A stretch of 64,000 nucleotides of DNA from Eledone cirrhosa (lineage: Eukaryota). The stretch covers positions 46,748,001-46,812,000 of the forward strand of contig OZ024743.1 in NCBI GenBank assembly GCA_964016885.1. The letters run 5' to 3'. The position numbers and the translations under genes are program-made. Shown here piece by piece: positions 1-17,438 of the stretch. How positions within the stretch are numbered: the first letter of the stretch is position 1; each line of letters starts with the position of its first letter. The notes below the pieces were generated by a model. That model made no database searches and was not told the DNA's origin. It was given only the letters and a program-made list of their open reading frames with translations.

Positions 1-45
1 TATACAGATATACATATATACACATATACATATATACACATATAC

Positions 46-92
<47 letters not shown>

Positions 93-597
93 CATATATA
101 TATACATACATATATATATACATACATATATATATACATATATATATACATATATATATATATACATATATATATACATACATATATATATACATATATA
201 TATACATACATATATATATACATATATATATATATACATATATATATACATACATATATATATATATACATATATATATACATACATATATATATACATA
301 CATATATATATACATACATATACATATATATATACATACATATATATATACATACATATATATATATATATACATACATATATATATATACATACATATA
401 TATATATACATACATATATATATACATACATATATATATACATACATATATATATACATACATATATATATACATACATATATATATATACATACATACA
501 TATATACATACATATATATATATACATATATATATATACATACATACATATATACATACATATATATATATACATACATACATATATACATATATAC
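1..597. repeat. (TA)n/(TACA)n compound microsatellite
   Basis: TA repeats interrupted by C; essentially no G on the plus strand. Confidence 0.98.
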
Positions 598-1065
598 ATG
601 GTGGCTGCCAACTCGTTTTCGAGTACAGCCACTACTTTATATCCATGTAGAGGAACCCCTACCGATGCGCTGAACGAGTGTGACTTTTTAGTCCAGCCAT
701 CGACTTGAAAAATCTGGTACAAACACTACACTTGTGACAATTATCGACACATAGTGCTTTGCCTTTGGTACCATGTGACGACAAGTGCAGAGAGATCTCC
801 AGATATAAAGCAATGCCTGTGCCGTGAAGCTTTTATAGTGAGGACAGGCACTGCACAAAGCCAGTCCCACTCTCTTAACCAAGATGATATTTACCAAAAA
901 GAAGAACAAGTCAACATCATTGGATACCATCAGGGTTGCAGGTGTTATATCAGAGTTTTCCTTCTCCTAGAATTCTGCCTTGACAAAGGCTAAGGGGTCA
1001 TCTCTCCCAGTGATTTTGGATGGCCATTGACTCTTAAGAGCTCCTTTGCCCTTTGACAGGTCACC
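598..1065 (-). mobile_element. Non-autonomous bipartite RTE(BovB-like)-derived element, copy 1
   Basis: Minus strand carries an RTE-type 5'UTR motif (ctaggagaaggaaaactctga), then a C-terminal C2H2 finger remnant [23 protein letters not shown] (659-730), a 3' stem-loop (ggctgtactcg-aaaa-cgagttggcagcc) and a TA/TG tail. Confidence 0.7.
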
Positions 1066-1128
1066 AAGTGGTGACCTGACATATCCAAGTGGTGACCTGA
1101 CATATATATATACATACATATATATATA

Positions 1129-1628
1129 CATGGTGGCTGCCAACTCGGTTTCGAGTACGGCCAATACTTTATATCCATCTAGGAGAACCCCTACCGATGC
1201 GCTGAACGAATATGACTTTTTAGTCCAGCCAGCGACTTGAAAACTCTGGTACAAACACTACACCTGTGACAATTATTGACACATAGTGCTGGGCCCATGG
1301 TACCATGTAACGACAAATGCAGAAAGATCTCCAGATATAAAGCAATGCCTGTGCCGTGAAGCTTTTATAGTGAACAAAGGCACTGCACAAAGCCAGTCCC
1401 ACTCCCTTAACCAAGATGATATTTACCAAAAAGAAGAACAAGTCAACATCATTGGATACCCTCAGGGTTGCAGGTGTTATACCAGAGTTTTCCTTCTCCT
1501 AGAATTCTGCCTTGACAAAGGCTAAGGGGTCATCTCTCCCGGTGATTTTGGATGGCCATTGACTCTTAAGAGCTCCTTTGCCCTTTGACAGGTTTTGTTT
1601 TTAGTCCTGCAGGATGTCCAAAGTCACC
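1129..1628 (-). mobile_element. Non-autonomous bipartite RTE-derived element, copy 2 (offset 532 bp from copy 1)
   Basis: Diverged direct repeat of 598-1060; C2H2 remnant CSVCTRVFKSLAGLKSHIRSAHR*; 5' end GGTGAC abuts the 7-kb TA array. Confidence 0.7.
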
Positions 1629-8666
<7,038 letters not shown>

Positions 8667-10365
8667 CATCATCACCATCATCATCATCAACGTTTAACGT
8701 CCGTGTTCCACGCTTGCATGGGTTTGGACGGGGGTAGTCCCACTTGAGGCAAGAGTGATTGTCTTGCTCGCATAGGACTGTCTGGCAGGTTTTCTACAGT
8801 TGGATGCCCTTCCTAACACCAACCACATTTACAGTGTGGGTCTGGGAGGTTTTTACCGTGTTGCCTACACGGCCACATTACAGCGTGGACTGTGTGTTTT
8901 TTTGTCGTGACACCTACACGATCTCATTTGTTTCGGCCTGGATGGCGCGGCACCAACATAACTTTACATAGAACGGGGTGGTGTGGATGGGGTGGGGGTG
9001 GTGGCGGGACGGGGTGTATTTTGTTAGAGATGCCTACTGGCAAGGCGGGTCTTCTCTGTTACTGAGTACCGACAAAGGTCTCGGTCCAGTGACATTGTCT
9101 TGGAGAGGTGTAAGTGTGTGAGGTCGGAGTTTATCAGCTCATCCCATGTTTTTCTAGGTCTGCCTATTCCGTGGCTACCGTCTATCTTTATTGCCCTGCA
9201 CTTTGTTATACAGCTATCGACTTTCATGCGCATCACGTGTCCATACCAACGCAGCCTTCTCTCGAGTAAACAACATCTGATCCCTCTTATCTCTAATTTT
9301 TTCCTTAGTTCGTTTATGCTTTGCCGTTCACGTATATTACTGTTACACATCCAGCGGAGCATGCAAGCTTCGTTCCTCTCTAGTCTGCGTATATCCTCTG
9401 CACACAATGCCCAGGTCTCACTACCATGCAACATTGCTGTTCGTATGCAGGCATCGTACAACCTGCCTTTCATTTTTAGGGAGAACCCTTTAGCAGCTAA
9501 TAGTGGTATAAGCTCTCTGAACTTTTTCCAACCAGTTCTGACTCTAGCTACAGTACTTTCAGAGCACCCTCCCCCACTGCTCATTTTATCGCCCAGGTAA
9601 CGGAAGCTGTCCACTATTTCTATAGAACCCTCTGCGCAATTGAAAGAGCTAGTATTTTGTGTGCACTTTCTGCTACTTATTGCACCAGAACACCGGCCAC
9701 ATGTAAAATCTATGTTCTTAGTTAGCTTACCTGTGATCCCACTACATCTTTTATGCACCCATACTTTGCATTTAGGACATAAAATGGAGTTTCTACCTAC
9801 GCCTTTCCTACACACCGAGCACGACCATTTCCCAGAAGGGACCGCCGCCTTGTTTTCTTTCCTACAAACTAGAACTTTGGTCTTAGCCAGGTTAATTTTA
9901 AGTCCTTTTGACTCTAGGCCGTGCTTCCATGTTTGGAATTTCTTCTCTAGCTCGGCCATTGATTCCGCTTATGAGTGTCAGGTCGTCTGCGTATAGGAGT
10001 TCCCATGGGCAGCCTGTCTTGAACTCCTCTGTTATAGCCTGAAGGGCAATAATAAATAGTAGGGGGCTGAGAACAGAGCCCTGATGGACGCCAACTTTTA
10101 CGCTAAACTCCTCACTATAGTCGTTGTTAATTCTAACCTTGCTGACTGTTTCTTTATACATGGCTTGTATAGCCCTCACAAGCCATTCGTCAACGCCTAG
10201 TTTTCTAAGAGCCCACCAGATAATGGAGCGGGGGACTCTGTCGAAGGCTTTCTCCAGGTCGACAAAAGCTAAGTAGAGGGGTCTACCTTTAGCTAGGTAC
10301 TTCTCCTGTAGTTGTCGTACTATGAAAAGGGCGTCTGTGGTGCTTTTGCCTGACACAAACCCGAA
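8667..10365 (-). mobile_element. RTE-clade LINE, 5'-truncated copy (RT C-half, PHD-like finger, 3'UTR, (GAT)n tail), one frameshift
   Basis: Near-identical inverted copy of 19613-21297; QGSVLSP and YADD motifs; 1-bp insertion near 9969 splits ORFs 9898-10455 and 9024-9959. Confidence 0.95.
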
Positions 10366-10465
10366 ATACATATATATATATACATACATATATACATACA
10401 TACATATATACATACATATATATATACATACATATATATATACATATATATACATATATACATAT
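10366..10465. repeat. TA/TACA microsatellite
   Basis: Lies between the RTE 5' truncation and the Penelope-like element end. Confidence 0.95.
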
Positions 10466-11482
10466 TTCGTTTCTGAATTTGTTTAGCAAGATTCTTTATC
10501 TGAAATCGTGTGTTGAAACCGATATTGTTATACTTTGGGAGGGTCATGTTGCCAATAAGAAACACACGCACCAGTTGCTTTCACTTCAATTTATTATATA
10601 TTTATAAATTTACAAATCTACAAACTTATAAATTTCTGGTTGGTTGGTTGGTTCCACAACCAGATAGTTGTTTATATATAGTCATAGTCCTTTCGTCACA
10701 CACTCTGTGACCTCTTCAGTGACTGGGGATTCCTTTCTTTGTTTCTGTGCCTTTCCTTTCTTCTGTCCTACGCCATTTTGTTTCTGTGTGTGTTGTGTGC
10801 TCAGTTTGCGCATGCGCCACATCCGGGTGTCTGTGTGTGTATGTGTTCATTTATCTATTTGTTTATTTATTTACATGTTGTTGGTTGGTTGTTTGTTCTA
10901 TGTGTGTGTGTGTTTTCATTTTGTCCTTAATTGTAAGTTGTGATGTTGCTGTTCCACTCATATTTTCTATTTAATTTTGGTTGTAATTCTTTTATGCTTA
11001 CTGCCTCTGTAATTTGCCTAAACATTGCATCTTTTCTGTGTGTGGATTCTATTTTTATTTTTATTTCTATGTTCTCTAATTTACCCTTGTGTTCTATCTA
11101 GATAGAACAATATAATATGCATGCATACAATATACATATATATATATACATACAATATACATGCATACAATGCACGCACACCTGCGTGCATGCATGCACA
11201 CACGCACGCACACCCACACATGTCTGCGTGTGTGTGCGTGAGAGATAAAAGGAGAATACACACACACACACACGCAAAAACACCAACCTTGTAGGGGACT
11301 GTACCACCCTTAGGGTACCTATCTATCTGGGTTACGGGTTGGGGGGAAAAGGGGGGAAAGCTATAGTCTAGGTGGGGGTTGCGTGATATATGTTACGTCT
11401 ATGTGCTAGGTTTAAAATAGAAGGAACTCAGGATTTTGTGTTGGCATGAGGAGAAAATTTCCGATTTCCTGTTAAGCAGGTT
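10466..11482 (-). mobile_element. Penelope-like element (PLE) 3' fragment / pLTR
   Basis: Minus strand begins with NLLNRKSEIFSSCQHK (resembles the PLE GIY-YIG C-terminal LNKRSE...CRH motif), then a UTR, a hammerhead, AATAAA (10590-10595) and a short ORF-start-like tail (MTLPKYNNIGFNTRFQIKNLAKQIQKR) running into TA repeats. Confidence 0.75.
10680..10724 (-). ncRNA. Minimal type I hammerhead ribozyme
   Basis: Minus strand: agtca CUGAAGA g gtcaca-gagtg-tgtgac GAAA gga CUA tgact; stem I 5 bp, stem II 6 bp, stem III 2 bp. Confidence 0.8.
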
Positions 11483-11697
11483 CAGTTTAGAGTGTATTGA
11501 TCAGTTTAGAGTGTATTTTTCTCCTCATGCCAACACAAAATCCTGAGTTCCTTCTATTTTAAACCTAGCACATAGACGTAACATATATCACGCAACCCCC
11601 ACCTAGACTATAGCTTCCCCCCCTTTTCCCCCCAACCCGTAACCCAGATAGATAGGTACCCTAAGGGTGGTACAGTTCCCTACAAGGTTGGTGTTCT

Positions 11698-11750
<53 letters not shown>

Positions 11751-11871
11751 TCTCCTTTTATCTCTCACACGCACACACACGCAGACATGTGTGGGTGTGC
11801 GTGCGTGTGTGCATGCATGCATATTGTATGTATATATATATATGTATATTGCATGCATGCGTATTATATTG
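11107..11871. repeat. Long inverted repeat (~350-bp arms, ~57-bp spacer): inverted pLTR of the PLE
   Basis: 11107-11458 is the reverse complement of 11516-11871 with few differences; the spacer holds tcagtttagagtgtatt twice. Confidence 0.92.
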
Positions 11872-12346
11872 TGTGTATGTGTATATGTGACATGTATGTG
11901 AATATATGTATGTATGCGTATGAGTGTGTATATGTGACATGTATGTGAATATATGTATGTATGCGTATGAGTGTGTATGTGTAAGTGTATGATGTGTGTA
12001 TGTATGTGTATATGTATGTATACTTTTCTGTAGAAATTCTCTCTATATGTGGTGTGTGGCACGAATTCCTCCTATAATACTCTTCTCTGAGAGGATCACG
12101 ATATGCAGAGTAACACATATGTATTGTCGACGTTGAAACTGAGAACCACCACCCCTCCTGCTGACCCAAATGTTTACTGAGGACCAGAACACCATTCTCC
12201 GCAATATAAGAGCGAAATGCGCTTGCCGGACTATTGATGACCATAACATCACATTCCAAGGTAATGGCAAAACACAGTGAATGCTATGCACAACCAGAAC
12301 ACCACAGTATGCATATCCGAGCAACACAGATATAATATCAATAGGG

Positions 12347-12659
12347 GAATCAACTGAATTTTTTGAGTTGAAATACATATGGATATGTGTCTGTGTGTAT
12401 CGGACACACGTACACATAAAGAAGCTGTTGACCTAAATATACCTGTCATGCCTGTCTGAATTCCTAAGGGAATTGTCGGCCAGTTACTGTCTTGACCGAT
12501 TGTAGTACCACTGGGTGAATCATTTGAGTTTTTTGAGTTGAAATACATATAAATATGTGTCTGTGTGTGTCGGACACACGTACACATAAAGAAGCTGCCG
12601 ACCTAAATGTGCCTGTCATGCCTGCCTGAATTTTCGGTCAGTTGCTGACTTGACCGATT
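12347..12659. repeat. Two-copy direct repeat, period ~170 bp
   Basis: gaatca..ttttgagttgaaatacatat..cggacacacgtacacataaagaagctg..ttgaccgatt at 12347 and 12517. Confidence 0.85.
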
Positions 12660-13493
12660 AACCCCATAATTACTACGTAGCGGTTCTTGCACGTGACTGC
12701 TGGACCCGGATGAAACGAAGACGAAGAATTTCCTTGCGTACCGTTTTGTACCACAGATGCGATCTCACCCTGCTTCGTTAATGTCCTATCGACACCAAAG
12801 TTCAACGTTCGGGCGAATAGATTTGAATCCAACCACCAACAACATAGCTGGATGACCGATAATCACACCAAACCGGAGTACTGTGATCCTTGTGATTTCC
12901 AGATATACAACCACTGACACTGTTACGAAGACCAGAAAACGATACTCCATATATTGAACCAATTGATTGATTTGTACGACCAAAATAACACCAAACACAT
13001 ATTGAACTAGGAATATTGGATCCTCCGTCAATGTCCGGGTGAGCAAAAATAGATTTCTATCTGCATTGGAATTTACAAACTTGTGCATCTGCTGTGGTGT
13101 CAAAAACAAACGCACATGGCCGCACAAATAAACAATGGACCATGCCACGTGGCTTGAACCCGTAAGTGAATTGAAGGTTCTGCAACTCTGATACACAGAT
13201 TATTTATTATTAATATGTATAAACTTGACATAACTATTATCATCTTATATTCTCTCAACTAATCACACTTGATCATATTTCTCTATCCCGTTTTCTCCCC
13301 CCATAATTATTATATTTTTATTATTATTTTGAAAAAAAAAAAAAAAAAAAAAAACGGTTTTTTTACATTGTGTTTTCCCCTCCAAATATTCGCTTATATT
13401 TCTTTATATATTCTCTATATATTTTTTTTTATCTTTATTATTTCCACTTTTATCCTCCTTTATATTTTACCTTATTCTTACTTTTATACCTTA

Positions 13494-14429
13494 CTAGCAG
13501 TAAAGCCCGGCGTTGCTCGGGGTCGCTCAGTAGCTGTGTTAAAGTTCCAATGTTAAGTTTCTTTTTTGGCTTAAAAACTGTAGTGTCTACTGTGCAGACT
13601 TGCATGTGGTGTTTTTGATTAATATTCCCTCAACCAACAATATGCCTTATGAAGTTAAGAAAACATAACGATAACCCGAATGTTATAACAAAAGAGGATG
13701 CTGGGGATAAAAACTGCACTGGTTATTTATTAACAAAGATCGAAAATGTAAACACTGCAACGCAGAGAAAAACATTAGCGTAACCAAATTATCAGTTATG
13801 TCTGTCTGCACGCCTATATCACCTCTCTGCACGACTATCTGTCTGCACGCCTATATCACCTCTCTGCACGACTGTCTGTCTGCACGCCTATATCAACTCT
13901 CTGCACGACTGTCTGTCTGCACGCCTATATCACCTCTCTGCACGACTGTCTGTCTGCACACCTAACGACGAAATATTTGCTTGTTTTACGTAGTCTTTAA
14001 ATAGACTTGTTTTCAAGTAAAAATATTGTTTTAAAATGCTTTTAAATGGAAATGAAGCAAAACGGAAGCTTAGTGTTCGAACTGATGAATTTTGCAGGTC
14101 AATATTTTGCTGGCTCGACAACTGTCTGTTCGTGTATTGTGTTAATGTCATTTTAAACGCTGAGAAAGCCAGCGTAATTTTTTACGTAAGACGCTCAATG
14201 TAAACAGAACAAAGGGAAATAACTGATAACTTACGCTCAAAAATCGATACATTATATTCGATTTCGTCACATAGGGTGGGTCAATTTGAAATTTTTTTTT
14301 TCCGATGTCTTCGCTAGGGCTCAATGTACAAGTATAGCAATTTCGGTGCAATTCCGTGAGAGATTCTAAGAGGAGATGTGTGCCAAAAATCGATAGACAG
14401 ACAGACAGCCACAATTTTATATATATAGA
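13494..14429 (-). mobile_element. Non-autonomous Helitron (936 bp)
   Basis: Minus strand: A|TCTATATAT 5' end at 14429, subterminal hairpin cccgagcaacgccggg (13506-13521), CTAG|T 3' end at 13494; no TSD; (CTGT)n near the 5' end. Confidence 0.85.
13799..13964. repeat. 37-bp minisatellite x4.4 inside the Helitron
   Basis: tctgtctgcacgcctatatcacctctctgcacgact[a/g] at 13801, 13838, 13875, 13912 and 13949 (partial). Confidence 0.95.
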
Positions 14430-14430
14430 T

Positions 14431-14892
14431 TATAGTGTAATCTTCCCCATGCCTTATTATACACTATTAATTATAGATTATTACTCTTTTTCCATTTCTA
14501 ATTACCTCATGTACTTTCTCCTCCGCTATATATATATATATATATTGTACGCCCTTTGTGTTTGTGTAGCCTCTGCGCACCCTCTGCACCATACTATCGA
14601 CGCCACCCCATCTATGGTTCAGCTAACCACCCGACTCCCGGGAATGAATATGACCGCAGCTAGTAAACAAGGACCCACACCCCCACCCTCCCGCACCAAA
14701 ATTAGACTTATCGTCCCCTACTTTTGCTCTTTACTCTCTTTACTCTTTGTTCTTGAATGTTTGGTTGGTAGAGTCCATAACACCAATCAAACCCCTTTTA
14801 TAGCTCTGACGAATCCTACGGTTACGTAAGGAAGAAACATTGTAAGCCAATAAAAATCTGTTGATGTTGTAGACGCTCTTGTGTTCTTTTTC
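14431..14892 (+). mobile_element. Probable pLTR-like 3' terminus of a Penelope-like/retrozyme-like element
   Basis: Hammerhead followed immediately by AATAAA (14849-14854), with the end abutting a TA array; left boundary uncertain. Confidence 0.5.
14796..14855 (+). ncRNA. Type I hammerhead ribozyme with minimal stem III
   Basis: ttttat-a-gct CUGACGA a tcctacg-gtta-cgtaagga a GAAA catt GUA agc-ca-ataaaa; core at 14806-14812 and 14834-14837; cleavage triplet GUA 14842-14844. Confidence 0.8.
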
Positions 14893-15202
14893 ATATATAT
14901 ACATATATATATACATATACATATATATACATATATATATATATACATATATATATACATATACATATATATATACATATATATATACATATATATATAC
15001 ATATACATATATATATACATATACATATATATATATACATATATATATACATATACATATATATATATACATATATATATACATATACATATATATATAT
15101 ACATATATATATACATATACATATATACATATATATATACATACATATATATATACATATATATATACATATACATATATATACATATATATATATATAC
15201 AT
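14893..15202. repeat. TA/TACA microsatellite
   Basis: Direct inspection. Confidence 0.97.
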
Positions 15203-15212
15203 ATTGGCGAAA

Positions 15213-15801
15213 GTTTATTCACTTTCGCCAATCCACCGCTGCTTCAATTATTTCTACTATGGTGTACTCATGTAAATCGTAAAGTACAAATTTTTCTCTA
15301 TCCATTCCACGCTCAATTTCGTACATAGTCCAAACATCCAATCTCGCAAAATCCGAAATCTGTATTTTTTGTTATCTATTTAAGGTTTAAATACGGTGTT
15401 TTTGTCGTATTGAACAGAACAAATCTTGCAGTTTTGCTTTTTGTTAAATCGCTTGTTAAACATTCATAACCTTCCAGCTCATCAATTCATTAATTCTATC
15501 GTATTCTCCAATTCCTTAATTCTATCGTATCCCCAAACAAAAAAAAAAAAAAAAAAATCCTTCCCATTCTTAATTCTATCGTATCGTCCAATTCCTTAAT
15601 TCTATCGTATTCTCAAACAAAAAACAAAATCCTTCCCATTCTACTTATAAATTACTTTAAATATATATAGTATGCTACTTGAAAGTCAAAAATCCGCTCC
15701 ACCCCTTCACCCTCCTGCTACTCCACGAGGGGCCGCGGTCAGCCACAATATCTCTCCCCCTTCCCCCCCTCTCTTTCTTCCCCTCTATCTCTCTCTTAGC
15801 T

Positions 15802-15840
<39 letters not shown>

Positions 15841-16444
15841 AGATAAGTTCTCCTTCATGTTTATTCACTTTCGCCAATCCACCGCTGCTTCAATTATTTC
15901 TACTATGGTGTACTCATGTAAATCGTAAAGTACAAATTTTTCTCTATCCATTCCACGCTCAATTTCGTACATAGTCCAAACATCCAATCTCGCAAAATCC
16001 GAAATCTGTATTTTTTGTTATCTATTTAAGGTTTAAATACGGTGTTTTTGTCGTATTGAACAGAACAAATCTTGCAGTTTTGCTTTTTAAATCGCTTGTT
16101 AAACATTCATAACCTTCCAGCTCATCAATTCATTAATTCTATCGTATTCTCCAATTCCTTAATTCTATCGTATCCCCAAACAAAAAAAAAAAAAAAAAAA
16201 TCCTTCCCATTCTTAATTCTATCGTATCGTCCAATTCCTTAATTCTATCGTATTCTCAAACAAAAAACAAAATCCTTCCCATTCTACTTATAAATTACTT
16301 TAAATATATATAGTATGCTACTTGAAAGTCAAAAATCCGCTCCACCCCTTCACCCTCCTGCTACTCCACGAGGGGCTGCGGTCAGCCACAATATCTCTCC
16401 CCCTTCCCCCCCTCTCTTTCTTCCCCTCTATCTCTCTCTTAGCT

Positions 16445-16483
<39 letters not shown>

Positions 16484-17089
16484 AGATAAGTTCTCCTTCA
16501 TGTTTATTCACTTTCGCCAATCCACCGCTGCTTCAATTATTTCTACTATGGTGTACTCATGTAAATCGTAAAGTACAAATTTTTCTCTATCCATTCCACG
16601 CTCAATTTCGTACATAGTCCAAACATCCAATCTCGCAAAATCCGAAATCTGTATTTTTTGTTATCTATTTAAGGTTTAAATACGGTGTTTTTGTCGTATT
16701 GAACAGAACAAATCTTGCAGTTTTGCTTTTTGTTAAATCGCTTGTTAAACATTCATAACCTTCCAGCTCATCAATTCATTAATTCTATCGTATTCTCCAA
16801 TTCCTTAATTCTATCGTATCCCCAAACAAAAAAAAAAAAAAAAAATCCTTCCCATTCTTAATTCTATCGTATCGTCCAATTCCTTAATTCTATCGTATTC
16901 TTAAACAAAAAACAAAATCCTTCCCATTCTACTTATAAATTACTTTAAATATATATAGTATGCTACTTGAAAGTCAAAAATCCGCTCCACCCCTTCACCC
17001 TCCTGCTACTCCACGAGGGGCTGCGGTCAGCCACAATATCTCTCCCCCTTCCCCCCCTCTCTTTCTTCCCCTCTATCTCTCTCTTAGCT

Positions 17090-17124
<35 letters not shown>

Positions 17125-17405
17125 AGATAAGTTCTCCTTCATGTTTATTCACTTTCGCCAATCCACCGCTGCTTCAATTATTTCTATGGTGTACTCATGT
17201 AAATCGTAAAGTACAAATTTTTCTCTATCCATTCCACGCTCAATTTCGTACATAGTCCAAACATCCAATCTCGCAAAATCCGAAATCTGTATTTTTTGTT
17301 ATCTATTTAAGGTTTAAATACGGTGTTTTTGTCGTATTGAACAGAACAAATCTTGCAGTTTTGCTTTTTGTTAAATCGCTTGTTAAACATTCATAACCTT
17401 CCAGC
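15213..17405. repeat. Tandem array of ~643-646-bp units, 3.4 copies, nearly identical
   Basis: Unit start gtttattcactttcgccaatcc at ~15213, 15859, 16502 and 17143; identical ORFs 15672 and 16315; the fourth unit is cut by the RTE 5' end. Confidence 0.97.
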
Positions 17406-17438
17406 TAGCTAGTTAAACATTCATAACCTTCCAGCTAG

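Noticed and set aside
688-1525. Small 60-95-aa ORFs in the 532-bp duplication as genes or KMT2C exons
   Set aside because: No KMT2C similarity or supported splice context; explained by the RTE-derived element.
9100-9996. Antisense ORFs over RTE RT regions (also 19936-20877, 23242-23949, 42410-43555)
   Set aside because: Shadow ORFs of the RT coding strand with no independent signal.
10499-10520. ctgaaat...gaaac resembling a hammerhead core
   Set aside because: Lacks the conserved CUGANGA and has no closing stems.
15213-17405. 643-bp array as a tandem retrozyme, and its 100-aa plus-strand ORFs
   Set aside because: No hammerhead core found on either strand of the unit; the plus ORFs run through CA/TA microsatellite and low-complexity sequence.
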